Part shown: positions 39,015 to 55,857 of the stretch, piece by piece
How positions within the stretch are numbered: the stretch's first letter is position 1
Layout: each line of letters opens with the position of its first letter
Assembly: GCF_009914755.1 (NCBI RefSeq)
Contig: NC_060925.1
DNA length: 64,000 nucleotides
DNA from: the human T2T-CHM13v2.0 reference genome, Homo sapiens
Direction: 5' to 3' (one strand)
Notes under the pieces: generated by a model
The model's input: only the letters and a program-made list of their open reading frames with translations
What the model was told of the DNA's origin: nothing
Databases searched by the model: none
Made by a program: the position numbers and the translations under genes

Positions 39015-40550
39015 TAGAGTGAAATGTTTCAACAAGAACCAAAATGCTAGGAACTTGAAATTGCATCAAACAAAGTTACACCGTGACAACTTTGTGATAG
39101 CCTGAATTAAATGGGTGACTACATAATACATTTCTTGACTATAATCACAAAGATTATTCAATTGGTTCCTTGTAATCATCTTTAGATCTACTAAACTCCC
39201 TAATTAATGAGAAAAAAATATCCATTTCCTCCTTCCTCACCATTTTTTCCCTCTCCAACCTGTGCAATCCAAATAAGATTAAAATTGATTTTAGGAGTAA
39301 AAGAATTTTTAGAGAGGTAAGCCATCAGCCAATAAATGCTAACAAATACAGCCATTTCAGTCAATAGTCATCGTATCAGTAGAACTTCTGTGTTTCTCAG
39401 TTCCCCAAGCAGTGATGTTTGAAAAGTCAAGAATGCTGAGCTTTGAGGGAGAAATACTGTTGGTGCTTTGCTCTCATTCACAGCATGTGAAAACAATGCA
39501 GTCTGTTTTTCAAATATCCAGACAAATTACATGCTGACTTCCTTCAAGTATTATTATAGTTTGGGTTATAAGGACACACAAAAAAAACTCTATTAAAATA
39601 ATCAAGGCAGTGTTAATGAGCCTTAAATATAAATAATATACATGGATACTCATGTTTACTTCAAATCCATTATACAGAACAATTAAGACCTTATGTTTAA
39701 TTTCCAAATGAGAATAAAATGTTTTGTAATTAAATATGTTAATAGGTTAAAGCCTCCAATTCTGAATCGTAAGCAACACTGAAATTATTTCCAGTCTCCC
39801 TTCCACAACTTGTCATGGCAAATCTAAATCACATTGTTAGATATGGAAGGGCACACAACAATGCTTAAAAAATAAAATCATATGCCCTGTGGAATATGAT
39901 ATAAAACAAAAAGCAAACATGAAACTTTACTGATGGAATCAAAACTAAGTGCTTAGAGGTATGAAAAACTGTATTACATTGCAAATGTAGGATCTCCTGT
40001 CACAGGATTACAATTGGAAACAAAACAAAAAAAATCATCTTATTTCGGGAAAAAAGCACCTTGATTAAATTGTTAATATGGAATTTAAAAGTGGTTTTAT
40101 ATTATCCAGGGTCAACTTGTAGTGACTAGGTTCTTGTGACTTCCTGTTACTCCTCCATTCTTACCCAACCCACATATTAATATCAGAGAGTCTCTTAACT
40201 CTATGGCCACTACTTGAAGCTTAAAGTATGGAAAAACCAAATTGGGTTGACACAGCAAGACTCTAAGAGTCAGAGGAGTAAGGGACTGATTCTCAGGCCT
40301 TTATCTAGAGATTGCCTTGGTAATCTCTAGATTACCAAGTAACATGGACCAAGCAGAATAAAACTGCATATTCAAGCCTACCTATATTTATATTAGACTG
40401 GAATTAGAACATGAAACTTGTTATAGTCTTCTAAGATTTTTTCCACTCACAATGCCTTGCTACATTTTTTTTTTTTTAATCAACTTAAACTTTACACTCA
40501 GGTTTAACAGGTAATAGATAATTTTTGTTAACTAAAAAAAAATACTTCCA

Positions 40551-40670
40551 CTGGACATGATGGCTCATGCCTATAATCCTAGCACACTGGGAGGCCGAGG
40601 AGTGTGCGTGAGTGGATTGAGCCCAGGAGCTCAAGACCAGCCCGGGCAAATGGCAAAACCCCATTTCTAC

Positions 40671-40704
<34 letters not shown>

Positions 40705-40873
40705 AATTAGTCAGGCATGGTGGTGCAAGCCTGGTAGGCCTGGCTACTCAGGAGGCCAAGTTGGGAGGAGTGCTTGGGCCAGGGAGGTCGAGGCTGCAAT
40801 GAGCCAAGATTACACCACCACACTTCAGCTTGGGCGAAAGAGCAGGACTCTGTCTCAAAAAAAAAAAAGAAAA
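40551..40873 (+). mobile_element. AluJ with expanded central A tract
   Basis: ttgagcccaggagctcaagaccagcccgggcaa; 28 A at 40671-40698 in the linker. Confidence 0.9.
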
Positions 40874-40879
40874 TACAGA

Positions 40880-41130
40880 TAATTACTTAGAGAATATCTA
40901 GTATGTGTCAAACATGTAGCAAGTGGCTGAGGATACAGAAATGAATAAGATATCTACTATCTGGGGTACATGGTTTGGTGGAGAAAGCAAAGAGATATAC
41001 AGCTAACTCTAATATAATGTAATGTGCTAAATATTATATTAGAAATTTGGTTAAATATGATGTGAGTACAGATGGCATGATTAATTATTTGGAAGAGGAA
41101 GGTCAGGAAATTGTGTGAATGTGTATGGGA
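40880..41130 (-). mobile_element. L2 fragment
   Basis: agaatatctagtatgtgtcaaacatgtagcaagtggctgaggatacagaaatgaataag. Confidence 0.6.
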
Positions 41131-44100
41131 AATGCTATTTTTAAAAACATCAAATACACATTATTACCAGATGATTATATTTGAGCCTTGGCACAAATAT
41201 ATTTTTGAAAATGTGGCTTACTGTGAGAAGAAAACACAAATAACTTTAACATTTATGAAAATACCTGAACTAATAGCAAACTTGAATATCCAAGAAATAC
41301 CATGCCCTAAAGTTCATTGTAAGTATTCAGTGATATTAATTTTGCACAGGATGTTAAAGTGCTTCATAATTTGATGCTGCTATTTATACAACTTGCTATT
41401 TTTCTACATTTACAATCTTGATCTTATTTAATGGCCACTTCTTCCAATGAGCTAACCTTGACATTGTACTTTGTTCTCACTCTATAAGGTGATTTTTTCA
41501 GAAAATAGGGATGACTAATAAATTAGAGACCAAAAAGGCTGGGTTCTCATAGTCAAGACCATTAAACAAATGCAGAAGGAAACAAGTCATGTTTCATTTT
41601 ATGACCTCAAGTTGCATTTCATTTTCACCCATGAAAGACTATGGCTAGAGATGTAGATTTGCTAAACATCAACATAAAGGTGAACTCTAAAATAGCTAAA
41701 ATTTCAGAAAGTCCTAAAGAAGGCTAAAGATGGGTATTTGAGGATATACCTAATTTTATTATAGGGAGGGAGCAGAAAAAACAAACAGTACAAATATCAA
41801 AGAGATTGCAGTGGTATGAAAAGTAAGAGAACCAGTAGAATTAATCACAAAGACTAACAGAGAAGACAAATTTACATAAGAAGGGGTACTTTTTGAAAGT
41901 ATAAATATTAGAGACATAAGTTATTCCTAACAAGTGGCAGGCCCATGAGGAATTGGAAATAAGTGTTTGAAGAACATGTTTAGGATGAAAAAAAAAAAAA
42001 GCACTGAATGAAAAATACTATTCTGATATAACAGGCTACAAAGAAAGATGTAAGTTTGTGAAAAAAGAAAAGTTAAAAAAAAACAAAAGTCAATATATAT
42101 GTACCTCAAACATGTTTATCGTAAAGTAGATATGGAAACAATTATTTCAAGAAGCAAATATCAGATAAGGAAAATCTTATCTTACTTCATAGGATTAAGT
42201 GCATACTCAAAGAATTTAACACCAGATAAACAGAAGAAAGGGGCTAGGGCAAAGATCAAACATACAGTAAAGAAGTTTAGGGCAATGTATGTGCTCTCAC
42301 TTTGAACTTCTAATTAAAATAAAAAATGAAAGTCTTCTTTTTATATATAGAAAGAATGGAGAAAAATTTGGGAACTTGGAGAATTAAAATTTAGAGGAGC
42401 CTTTGTGGATAAAACAATAAGAAATAGCAAACAAGTTTTCCTGAAAGCAAATCATTGTTAAACTATAGCTAGTAAGAATTCATTACTGTTCATATCCTAT
42501 GTATACTATTTTACACTTATTTAACAAACATTACAGATACATGGAGTCTAACAAAAGATTAATCTTTTGTTTGGGAAAGTTGTTTGTTGGAAAAACGTTG
42601 AGACATACTGGATTTAATGTATCATCGTGCTCAGTATCTGGCTATGGTCATTTTTAGATAAATACTTATTTGAATAAATGCCAATTAAAATTCATGAGAT
42701 TAAAAAACGCATTTATTAGCAAGTACAACTAGTTAGCTTTTACTCAATAATTTACACATACTCACATTTTAGACAAATGTTCTAACAATTTATAGTACAA
42801 AAAAGAGCAATTTGAACAGTCTGCTTCATAAAAATTTTTCAATAATTTTGATTATACTGATAAAGGTGACGATTTAACAAGGCAATCAAAAGAAAGTGAA
42901 CTATAAGTAAACTGACACAATTCCATTCCACATGATTGTAAGAATAATTCTGCATATTCTAGAAAAAAAAAGTTGATCGGTTTTTCCTCATTTGTAAAAG
43001 AGAGATCCTGTCATCTGGGCATATAGTACACATTAAAGAATGTATGGCTAGCAGTAATAGAATAGAATGAATATACATATACATGTGTGTGCATTGTGCC
43101 TGCATGCATGTGTGTGTGTCTTCATGTGATTAAATAATGTGGAAAACTATGAAACAGTGATATAAATTTCAAAAATCAGTTTATGCAATTTAAATGCCAA
43201 AGTACAGATAAATCAGAGCAACTATACCATTAGTTTTATGCCAATGCATTTCTGTCAAATTATGAAAATATTCTGTTATTAACTCTCTGAATAGAAATGG
43301 GACTCAGTTTTACTGCACATTAGATTTATTCACTCAACTAATAAACCAGAGTTACATATTTTTGGCTCTCCAAAGAAATCTGCAGATAGTTTTTCTTCCC
43401 GTATAATTTTTTTTTTATGTAGAAGAACTTAAATATCTATACTGGCATCTCTAATAAGGCTTCTTTAAGTCAAAAATATAGTGATTTAGACATGATCGGT
43501 ATATTACAATAAAGTAGATTATAATTAAAGCACACCTATAAAAACAAGGCTCACGTTAGCACTGAGGAAACATTTTTCTCTACGGTCTACACTAGTTTCC
43601 TAAAGGCAACTTTATTTCAAATACAAATATATTATTATTATTTCCTTTTGATAATGCTGCAATGATTTAAAGAGTTTATTTAGGCTACTTTGTTTAAACA
43701 TCTTAACAAAGTGCTAGATATTTTACATTCAATGACTCTAGGAAATAATTTGGTACTTTTGATTACAGACAGAAATCAAACAGTCAAGTTACATCTATAA
43801 GGAAATGTATTGCAAGAATTTTTAAAAGAATGGGTGATTCATCAGTTAAAAAAATAGAAAAAAATATTGTAAGTTTCTTGCTTGTCTCTTCTTTTCTAGA
43901 GTTTTTGCAAATTTTACCTTTGCATTTATCTTGTGAAGATACAAAGCCAAACAAAAAACAGATGTAATTATTTTGAAGTAACTGGACACTTTCAGGCAAG
44001 TATGTGGAGATACTCCTTTTCAACACCAAGAGATTTAGATTTTTTTTCTTATTATTAAACTCTTTTAATTTTACTAATAATTATCTAGCATTCCATCGAG

Positions 44101-45847
44101 ACAATGTACAAAAATTGTGAATTAGAAAAATAGTATATGATCTCATTTATAACAGATACAAATGTTTCTATGAACCTGTACTCAAAACCTGAAAATATAT
44201 TTGACTCTTTATCTCCCAAATATTTATCATATCTTTCAGATCTTTGTCATATCTCCTTGATTCACCAAATTATATTTCTAATATCAGTGCCATTTTTCAG
44301 ACTCCAGCAATATGATTCTAATTGGTCTCTTGATTTCTCTCTTCCTTCCAATACATTTCTTGGATAAATCTACTAAAATTATGTCCCATATCATGGAAAT
44401 ACCTTAAACAAGAAAAAAAATTCTAGAACTCTGAACACCTATCCCACTCATTCAGTGAAGATTCCCTTGACCACTTCAGCCATAATGTAAGAAATATTTT
44501 CTAAATTTCGACAATTTTTATTTTTGTACTACCGATATGACATTTCTATGATAATTATATGTGTACATTTAAAAATCTTAAAAATATGGCTAAATATTTA
44601 CTTCTTTTAACATTGTCTTTCAAAGTAAATATTGAATTCATAGACTCTGGAGATACACGCATGTATCTTAATCTACCACAGTTTATCTGTAACAAACGGA
44701 CAACTATGGTACTAACTTTATAGGTGGTCATAAGGAATCAATGAATTTTATAGCAGCTAGATCTATGTGACAGACACACACACTAAATAGTAATTATAGC
44801 TATAAATACAATAATAACAACTATTATTTCAGGATATTTTCCTATGCTAATTAAACTACAGACATTTCATATTTATTGAATTGCATTTGATTTTTTAGAC
44901 TCATTATTCACTTGTATAAAATAAAATGCGGATGATAAAGGAATAAACTAGGCTTTGGAAGATATTCTTGAAATTACAGTAACAAAGTTTATTTTCTTTA
45001 GTTTTGCAGTTCTCCAACTGTGCTCCATGGTGTGACATCTAGGGGTCTCTGAATTTCATTTACTCCATAAATAAAAACTATTTTCATAAATAGTTTGAGA
45101 TCTTGTCTTTTTTACTATTATGGCATTTGCACTGACATTGCAGAAGCAGTGGTGGATAAAACGTCAGGAATTTCAGCAAAAACCAACTCAGTGGCATAGT
45201 GCGACATCACTGAGTTGAAAAGACTACTGAAAGCCTTGAGTACACATATTTTTAATATTCTAGGTGTTGAAATAAAACAAACACATAAAACACTTCTGTT
45301 GCATTTCTAAGTACAGTTGTTGTCTCAAATAAAACACTTGGGTGATTGAAACGCAAGCAGAATGAGCCACATTTTTCATGGACAACCATTATTACTTTAA
45401 GGAATAACTGATGGAAAAAATCAAAGTTAAACAGAGGCAGGCATTTGGCAGACATTTGCTTGAAAATAAATCACTCAGACTTCATGACAATTTTTGTTGC
45501 AAAGTTGAAGATTTGAATTTCTGACATCTTGATTCTGCCGCTGTGAACTTGAAAGCTTTCTAGTTCTCATAGTATTTTTAGAGAATATGTGTGGTGATAC
45601 TAAGAAATGTGAATCTTTTATGATATTGTTAATGGAGTTGTGGAATATTTGCATAACCAGTGAACCAGTATTTTCTAATTCAAATCATACATGGTGAAAG
45701 ATGTATTCAAAGTGCAATATAAACCAACGTATTTTAATATAACAGAGTAAAAAACAAGGTTCACTGATACAGTTTGAGATTCCATACTGTAATTAACCAT
45801 TTAGACATCACCAGTTGTCAAGTTTTGGTGTAGTACAAAAGAAGAAT

Positions 45848-45983
45848 CGTGGATGTGTTTATTACCTTGATGGTGGTAATGGTATCAAGGGTATATGTGT
45901 ATCTCCAAACTCATGAAATTATATACAATAAACATGCACAGTTTTTTGTACATCAATTATACCTCCACAAAGCTGTTTTAAAA
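45848..45983 (+). mobile_element. Short L1MB-like 3' end inserted in Charlie1
   Basis: ttattaccttgatggtggtaatggt...aaactcatgaaatt...caattatacctccacaaagctg; flanked by aagaat repeats. Confidence 0.75.
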
Positions 45984-46033
45984 AGAATATTCACAATTTT
46001 CTGAAAAAGCTATTGACATGCTCATCCTCTTTC

Positions 46034-46365
46034 ATCAGTGCCATTTTTCAGACTCCATCAATAGGATTCTAATCAGTCTCTTGCTTTCTCTCTTCCTTCC
46101 AATATATTTGTTGGGTAAATCTACTAAAATTATGTACCATATCATGGTAATACCTTAAATGAACAACAACAACAAAAAAATCTAGCACTCTGAACACCTA
46201 TCCCACTCATTTACATGCCTCCTTTAAAAAGGAGCCTTTATAAAGCCTTTATAAAGGCTTTTTTCTAAGACCCATCTGCAATGCAAAGTGGTAAATGAAC
46301 CAGATTTTGGAAAATGTTTTTAATATAAAATATGTAACTGTAGAATACAAAAACAGAGTTATCAG
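46034..46365 (+). repeat. Composite local duplication: 46034-46211 copies 44283-44452; 46216-46365 copies 46816-46940
   Basis: Direct alignment by eye; ATCAG(T) at both outer junctions. Confidence 0.93.
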
Positions 46366-48567
46366 TTATATATGGTGAGCCAAGATTTTCTTTCCGTATC
46401 TAACCAAATATATAGTCACAGGTTGAATGCAGAGTCAGAATACAAGCCAGCTGTCTTCTATTAATTCATTCATTAAGTAGATATGCAAAAAATGTAGGAC
46501 AATGGCATTCATTTTATTTTAAATATATATATTATTTTTATTATACATTAATATGTAATGGGTTTGTCATTTATAAATGAACTAATAATAAATGTTTTAA
46601 AGTTCTCCATTCTAATTTCCAGTAAGATAAATATTGATAGACCTAACTACATAAATAGAATCTGTTTGATGTTCTAAATTTTTTTTTAAGAATGTAAAGG
46701 TGAAGACACAAAAAATGCCTGAGAACTGCCACTGTACCTCACTCTATAAAACAGTCACTCTAGGAAGAGATAAACCATAGACTCTGCCTTATAAAAATAT
46801 CTCTTAGTTCCTCACTGCCTCCTTTACAAAGGCTTTTTTCTAAGACTCATCTGCAATGCAAAGTGGTAAATGAACCAGATTTTGGAAAATGTTTTTAATA
46901 TAAAATATGTAAGTGTAGAATACAAAAACAGAGTTATCAGATGAAATGCCTACTCCTAAAGGAATATGCTCATGATAGATGTGTTCTGATTCCTGCCAAT
47001 CACCTTGTGATTATATTGGCAAAGATGTTTATGCTGTTTTGATTCACTCAACGTTAGGATTTAAGTAAACTAAAAGAATCAGGTTTAGAATTTTGCAGAA
47101 AAACAAGATAAATTGTGTTAAACTTTATCAATTGATGTTGTAAAATTACAATCAATTAACTTTATTAAATGATCTTTTTGCCTATATAATACTGAAAAGG
47201 TCATATTCTCCTTTGTCATGTTATGCTTTGTAATCATTTTTTCTGTCTTTCTTATATCCAGGGTGGCAGATGGCTCATTGGTTAAGCGTTATCCTGAAAT
47301 GGACAGGACCAAATTAAAACATTGGCTGGAACTTGTCTCAGGAAGCCAAGGTTGGTGGTGGGCAGCAGGACACCAAATTTATCAAAAGCCCAACAACAAT
47401 CAAAGCCAAGATTACCTATAAAAACACAAATGTACAATTTCTGAGGATATTCTTATAATCCAGAGCACTGCTTATATTCACCTTTAGATGTCACTTACAT
47501 TTTGATAATTTAATTGTTCATAAACTATTCTGTCTAACCATGTGGTAAAAAGCAATAAAGAAGTAATAATCCAAATAGTAACCACATGGAAACTATGTGG
47601 AAGATAACAGTAGGAATTTAGAAAAGATCAAACAGCTATTCTAAAATTTTTTCTGCTTATTCAATAGGATTGGGAAACAGAACTTGCCATGAGCTAGATA
47701 AAAAGAAATATAAAATACTGCACTTCATAAGCCAGCAACATTTCAACAGAAATAAATAAGTTGATGTAAAAATGCAAAAAAAAAGTAGTCTTTAAACAGG
47801 AGATCACCCTATGTGTCAAGTGTATGATAAAGATGAAGTACTATGAGAGAGCAGTCAGAGAAGACTATGTAAGCAAGACAAGCCATTTGCGGTAGGTACT
47901 CAGGAAGGTTATGGAGTAGGGGTGAGAAGCAGTGGAGGGAGGGTATTTGACATGAAAGGCATAGTTAAAGGCATGAAAATAAGCATAAAATAAGCATTAT
48001 TTTTCTGATGAAAAAGAATAAATATTGCATCTTTCAGATTACTCTGCTGAAGAACTCAAGGACATATAAAATTCTAAAGTTATTAATTTTCATATTGATA
48101 TAGGAGCAGAAGACAAGGTGGGCATATTATGAATGCAAGGTGTAATCCGCAGATACGAATGAGGATTAATTCAGTGTTTTACAGCCAGATATATTTTTGT
48201 CCTGTTGATTTTTGTAAAACTTTTGCAAAATGGACTCAGTCTTTCCATATGCTTAGAAGATTTTTTTTGTTTTACTTTTTGTTCTTCTCAACAAATTCCA
48301 CATGGATTTGACATAGTGATAAATTATGCAGTTTAAAAAATCTTCAATAAAAAGTTTCATATTAGATATTATGAAAACATTCATCCAGGTAATTTATAAA
48401 AGAAACACTTCTACTTTCAATCATATCTTCAGTGATTACGACCTGTTAAATAAACTTTCTACCAGAAAGTGTCAGCTATATTATATTATGAGGAGAAAGG
48501 GGATATAAAAAGTAAAATGTTTCAAACAAAATGTGGTCAACCCAGAAGTCCCAAAATATTGCTAGTT

Positions 48568-51282
<2,715 letters not shown>

Positions 51283-51357
51283 TATATATATATACATATA
51301 TATATATATACATATATATATATATGTATATCTATATACACACATATATATATATGT
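51283..51357. repeat. (TA)n-rich microsatellite in place of the L1 poly(A) tail
   Basis: Seen directly. Confidence 0.9.
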
Positions 51358-54300
51358 AGCTAGTGGAAATATAAAATATATTTTCATTTATGAATAATCA
51401 TTTTTAAAGATGTAATTATTATTTCCAAATAGATAATAATGACAAAGTAACTTGAATAGTTTTATCTAATTATCAAATATTGTGGCCAATTAGGATTTAC
51501 CACATATAAATTATTAACTTTGAAAACATAAAGTTAAAATAAAGTTCAAAACAATTTTTACATTTCTGAAATTTCAGAATATTCTTTGATCACTATGCCA
51601 GTGAGTCACAGAATTTCTAAAGCACTTCTGAATAATAAATTAATGTGATTATTGAGAGGGTTAAATGAAAGGTAATACATTTAGGGTATTTATAATAGTG
51701 TCTAGAACATAATAAAAGTTAGTTATTATTATGATGATGATTATAGAATCTATCATATATATACCTTAAACTGATTTAAAGTGCTATAAAAATATTAACC
51801 AGACTTTCCTTTAGATAGTTCTTGTCATTCTTTATATACTTAATTTATTCAGTATTTATATATTTAATATTTATATTTACAATTGATTTTTCTAATGCAG
51901 CTTTGTTAAAACACTTTTATTAAGCCTCTTTATCTGTAAGGTTTCAACTATATCTTCTATAAATTATATTAGTATCCAGATTAAACAATAGTATCCCCAA
52001 TTTTAAAATCTTGAATTTACTTAGCTTGTATTTTTCTGAAAGCCATTGTTGAGAACAATCTTTTTAGGCACCATGGAATTGAGTTATAGTAAGCGTATGG
52101 CAAAAATTAATACAGCCCTTTGTTTATAACAACAGAATAAATTGTTAGGTGAAATATCAGATTATGATGTTTCAATTATGAAAATAAACATTTTAAACCC
52201 AAGGCATAATAAAAAAATTTCACATTTAAAATTGAACTTTTTCAACAAAAATAGTTGTAGTCTTTTCAGAGCCTTTTATAATATATCAATGTTAAACAAA
52301 TCAACCTTTTAATCTTGAGTGGCTTTTTTTAAGCAATAAAATCAATTTAATAATAAGTAAGGACTTTCTGAGATAAGGTTAATGCCAATATGATTTCTTC
52401 TGGCAAAAATATTAATACTTGGTAGCAATGGGAAAAAACAGCATTACTTGGTAATAACTGTATTAGATATTAAGTGCCAATAAACAGTTACCACAAAATG
52501 TGAAATAATCATATATTCTATATAATTAAGGTTACATCAGAAATAATCATGTATCTTGTGTAACATATTGAGACTGAGGTAGAAAAGTATCAATTTGGTT
52601 ACATTTAAATAATGATTTGTCTTTGTGCAAAACAGTGAAACAGCCCTAACAGTGGAAGTAAATGACTTGTGGATAAGATAAAGTAGTTATAAAACTCTTA
52701 TGATTTGATAAACTTGCAAAAAATAAGCACAAACTTGATTTTATAAAGTGTTAGCTACCAAAGTACATATAATAAGAAAAGTTTTCTCTTAGGCCAGTTT
52801 AGTCTTCTATATCTCCAACTAAGAAAGATGGTATTATAATACACAAGATAATATGTAGTTGGGCATGTTATCATTTAGCTGAGTAATTTATAGTTTTAAT
52901 TAATAATATTTTAATTGAAGAAATTCTTTATACAGTAAAACTTTGGATTTTTCCTGTTATAATTAGGTTAATATGCAGTAATATTACTGCTGCCAATGTT
53001 TCCTTTAAAATTTTTCTTTACCTTTAAAATAAAAAGGGAAATCTGAGAATCCTGTTTTTACTAAAACTACTTAAATTCCATAAGTTCACTAGGATGACCT
53101 ATTGTGACACATTTGAGGCTATTGTCATGAATTTGTTCTTATTTGGAAGACATAAATTGTCATTAGCCAGATCTATACATATGTATAATATATTGGGTCT
53201 AAAATTAAGTTCCAACGAGGATTTTATAAAATCTTTACTTGTAGGTTATGACGTAACTACTTTTTATTGAAGTCAAGTAAGAAAAAAAAGTAAGATTCTC
53301 AAAATATAAAATAAGCTCAATAAAATTATTTTATGAACAACTCACTATTGTGTTTATGGTATATGTTGACCATCAAATGTTTTCTACACCGTACTATTTT
53401 ATGGTAAATAAAAATAATGTATCTTTCTTAAATGTACAAAATGTGTGTAGTAAGCAAAAACTGAATTAACATATAAATTCAAATAGAATCAATGAATATA
53501 TGTTTCTTGAGTTATAGGGAGTTGTTTTTTTTTCCTATGAGACGATATAACAGAGATCGAGATGCCAGACTCATCACAACACAGAGTACTGATTCTCCTC
53601 TGACTTTTGAAGGATTAAGAGAATGAAAAGAAAAATATTAAAAAGACAAGTGTGAAAGAAGAAGCTTAGTAGTGGGTAAGATAAGGGGAGGATGTGACAG
53701 TTAAAAGAATTTAAAATATAAAGAGAGCCCTATTTGTTGCAGTCTTGAAATGCATGTGTAAAGCCCCCAAAAACTTCCACAATCTACCACAAAAAGAAAA
53801 GGTTGCTGTTTGCAGAGAGGAAATCTAGTTGTAATGACCACTGAATTCACAAATGCACACAAGAACAAATGTTAGGACTGACCAGGGCACTCTCTCCTCA
53901 GTGAAGCTTCATCTTCTCCACACAATGACATGTCCTTCCTCATACAAAGCGCCCAGATACTTTTTCTAATACAGTATCCATCATACTGAACTGAAGTTGC
54001 CTGAGTATAGGTCTGTTTTCTTACACCATGATGGCCTTGATGGTGACATTTTGATTTTTCTTTGGCAGTAGGTGGTTAACAACTTTTTGTTGATGGATGC
54101 ATAACAAGCATTGCTGGCTATAAAATCATAACCAAAAAATCATCTCAAAGCAAATAAAATATATCTAGCTTTGACTTGTTGCCATCAATAATAAACAGTG
54201 ATGGTAAAGGGCTTGCCATTTTTGTATGTTCTTAGAGTATTAATTAAAATTGATATTTATCATAATGGTCACATTATGCAATGTTTTGAAATTGTTATGT

Positions 54301-55857
54301 AATTACTCATATGTAACAATAATGTTATATATAATGAGTATTTTCTTTACAGTGCCAAGGCAAGCTTGGCATTTTAGAACTATTTTATTTTTAGTTTGAA
54401 ATTAATTTAAGCAATTCCACTCTGAGTTATATCCATGTCTGCCATGGGAAAAATACTAGCTTATGATATATATTCAAACATATTAAAATTTTAGAAAGTT
54501 GTCTGTCTATAACTAATACATGATTTGATTTATTACACAGCACTATTACCTCCAAACACCATACATGTACAATCAATAGATATGTTTATAATTAAATTAA
54601 AAGGATCTTACATATAGCCACAATATTATCAATCCCAAATTTGACTGTTGTTATGATTAGGTTAATGCTGAAAATAGTGCATGGACATAACTATCTTCAA
54701 TTTTAAAGTTTACAAACCAGCTAACAATCACTTTTCACATAGTGAAGATTGCATCTATTATGTATATAGTTTGCAACAAGTTATTTATTTTGGTTGTACA
54801 AATAGAAAATAATATTAATGGTTGTTACCTACAGTTCCTTGCTCTACAGATACACTATTTTTACTATTTCTTCAGGTAAGATCTACCTACTGTCCAAAAT
54901 TTCACTGAATATATACTTACTGAATCCCTGTTGTGCACATAGATTCATCTTGGAAACTATTTCCCATGTTAATATTAATAGTCACTTTAACTGCCTACTG
55001 ATTGATTTTACTAATAAACTCACATTATTTTAAAACATGTAACAACTCTCTATAGTTACAATTACCAATTAAATCTCAGAAAAAAATGAATACAATAATT
55101 TTGTGAAAAATAATTTTTAAGATAAAAAATTCCCTACTCTACCCAGCTGAATTAAATAAAATTCTCTCTCTCTCTCTCCCCCTTTTTATGTGTGTGTGTA
55201 AAACACAGGGATATCTCTCAGAATCCAAAGGCAGGAATGTAAAACTAAGTTTTACTGAAGAATCAGAATCTCAGTAGTTACCGGGGACCATATGAATTGT
55301 CCCCTCCCCTCCCCTCCCTGTCCTCTCCTCTTCTCTTCCCTCTTCCTTTCTGGCACAAAGTAAATGTATTTTTCTCCATTAATTGACCAAAATCAGTAGA
55401 TTACTTATAACATTGCTTTTCTAATTATTTGTGGTACTGTACCAAAGAAAGAATGGGAAAATTCTATGCATATCGGTAATATGAATTGGCCTGAATTATA
55501 ACCAAATTTGTGATATAGTACTTACTAACTGAATTTCTATATAATTTCAAATTTTTCAACATTCCTGTAACAGAATTAAGATATTCAGAATATAAGGGAT
55601 ATTAAATAATAAATTAAATGGGCCAATTATTTAGGACTTTGTAGGAGCTAGTTTGGAAATGAACTACTATTTAAACTGTAAAAGTAAAATACTCTGAGCA
55701 CTGAAAGAACACACTAAAACTAAAGAATAAGCTTAATTTGTTATAGCACTTCATTGTAAAAAGAATTTTTCTTATAATTATCTTTTAGATTTTGACAAAA
55801 AGTTACTTCTACCTACCTAAAGTTTTTTTTTTTTTTTTTTTTAATAACAAAGAGCAA

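Larger units (their letters stand above)
45007..46734 (+). mobile_element. Charlie1/Charlie1a hAT DNA transposon remnant with two internal insertions
   Basis: ggcatttgcactgacattgcagaagcagtggtggataaaac; gaatattcacaattttctgaaaaagctatt; ggttgaatgcagag...ccagctgtcttctattaa; right end gtaaagg...tgagaactgccactg. Confidence 0.85.
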
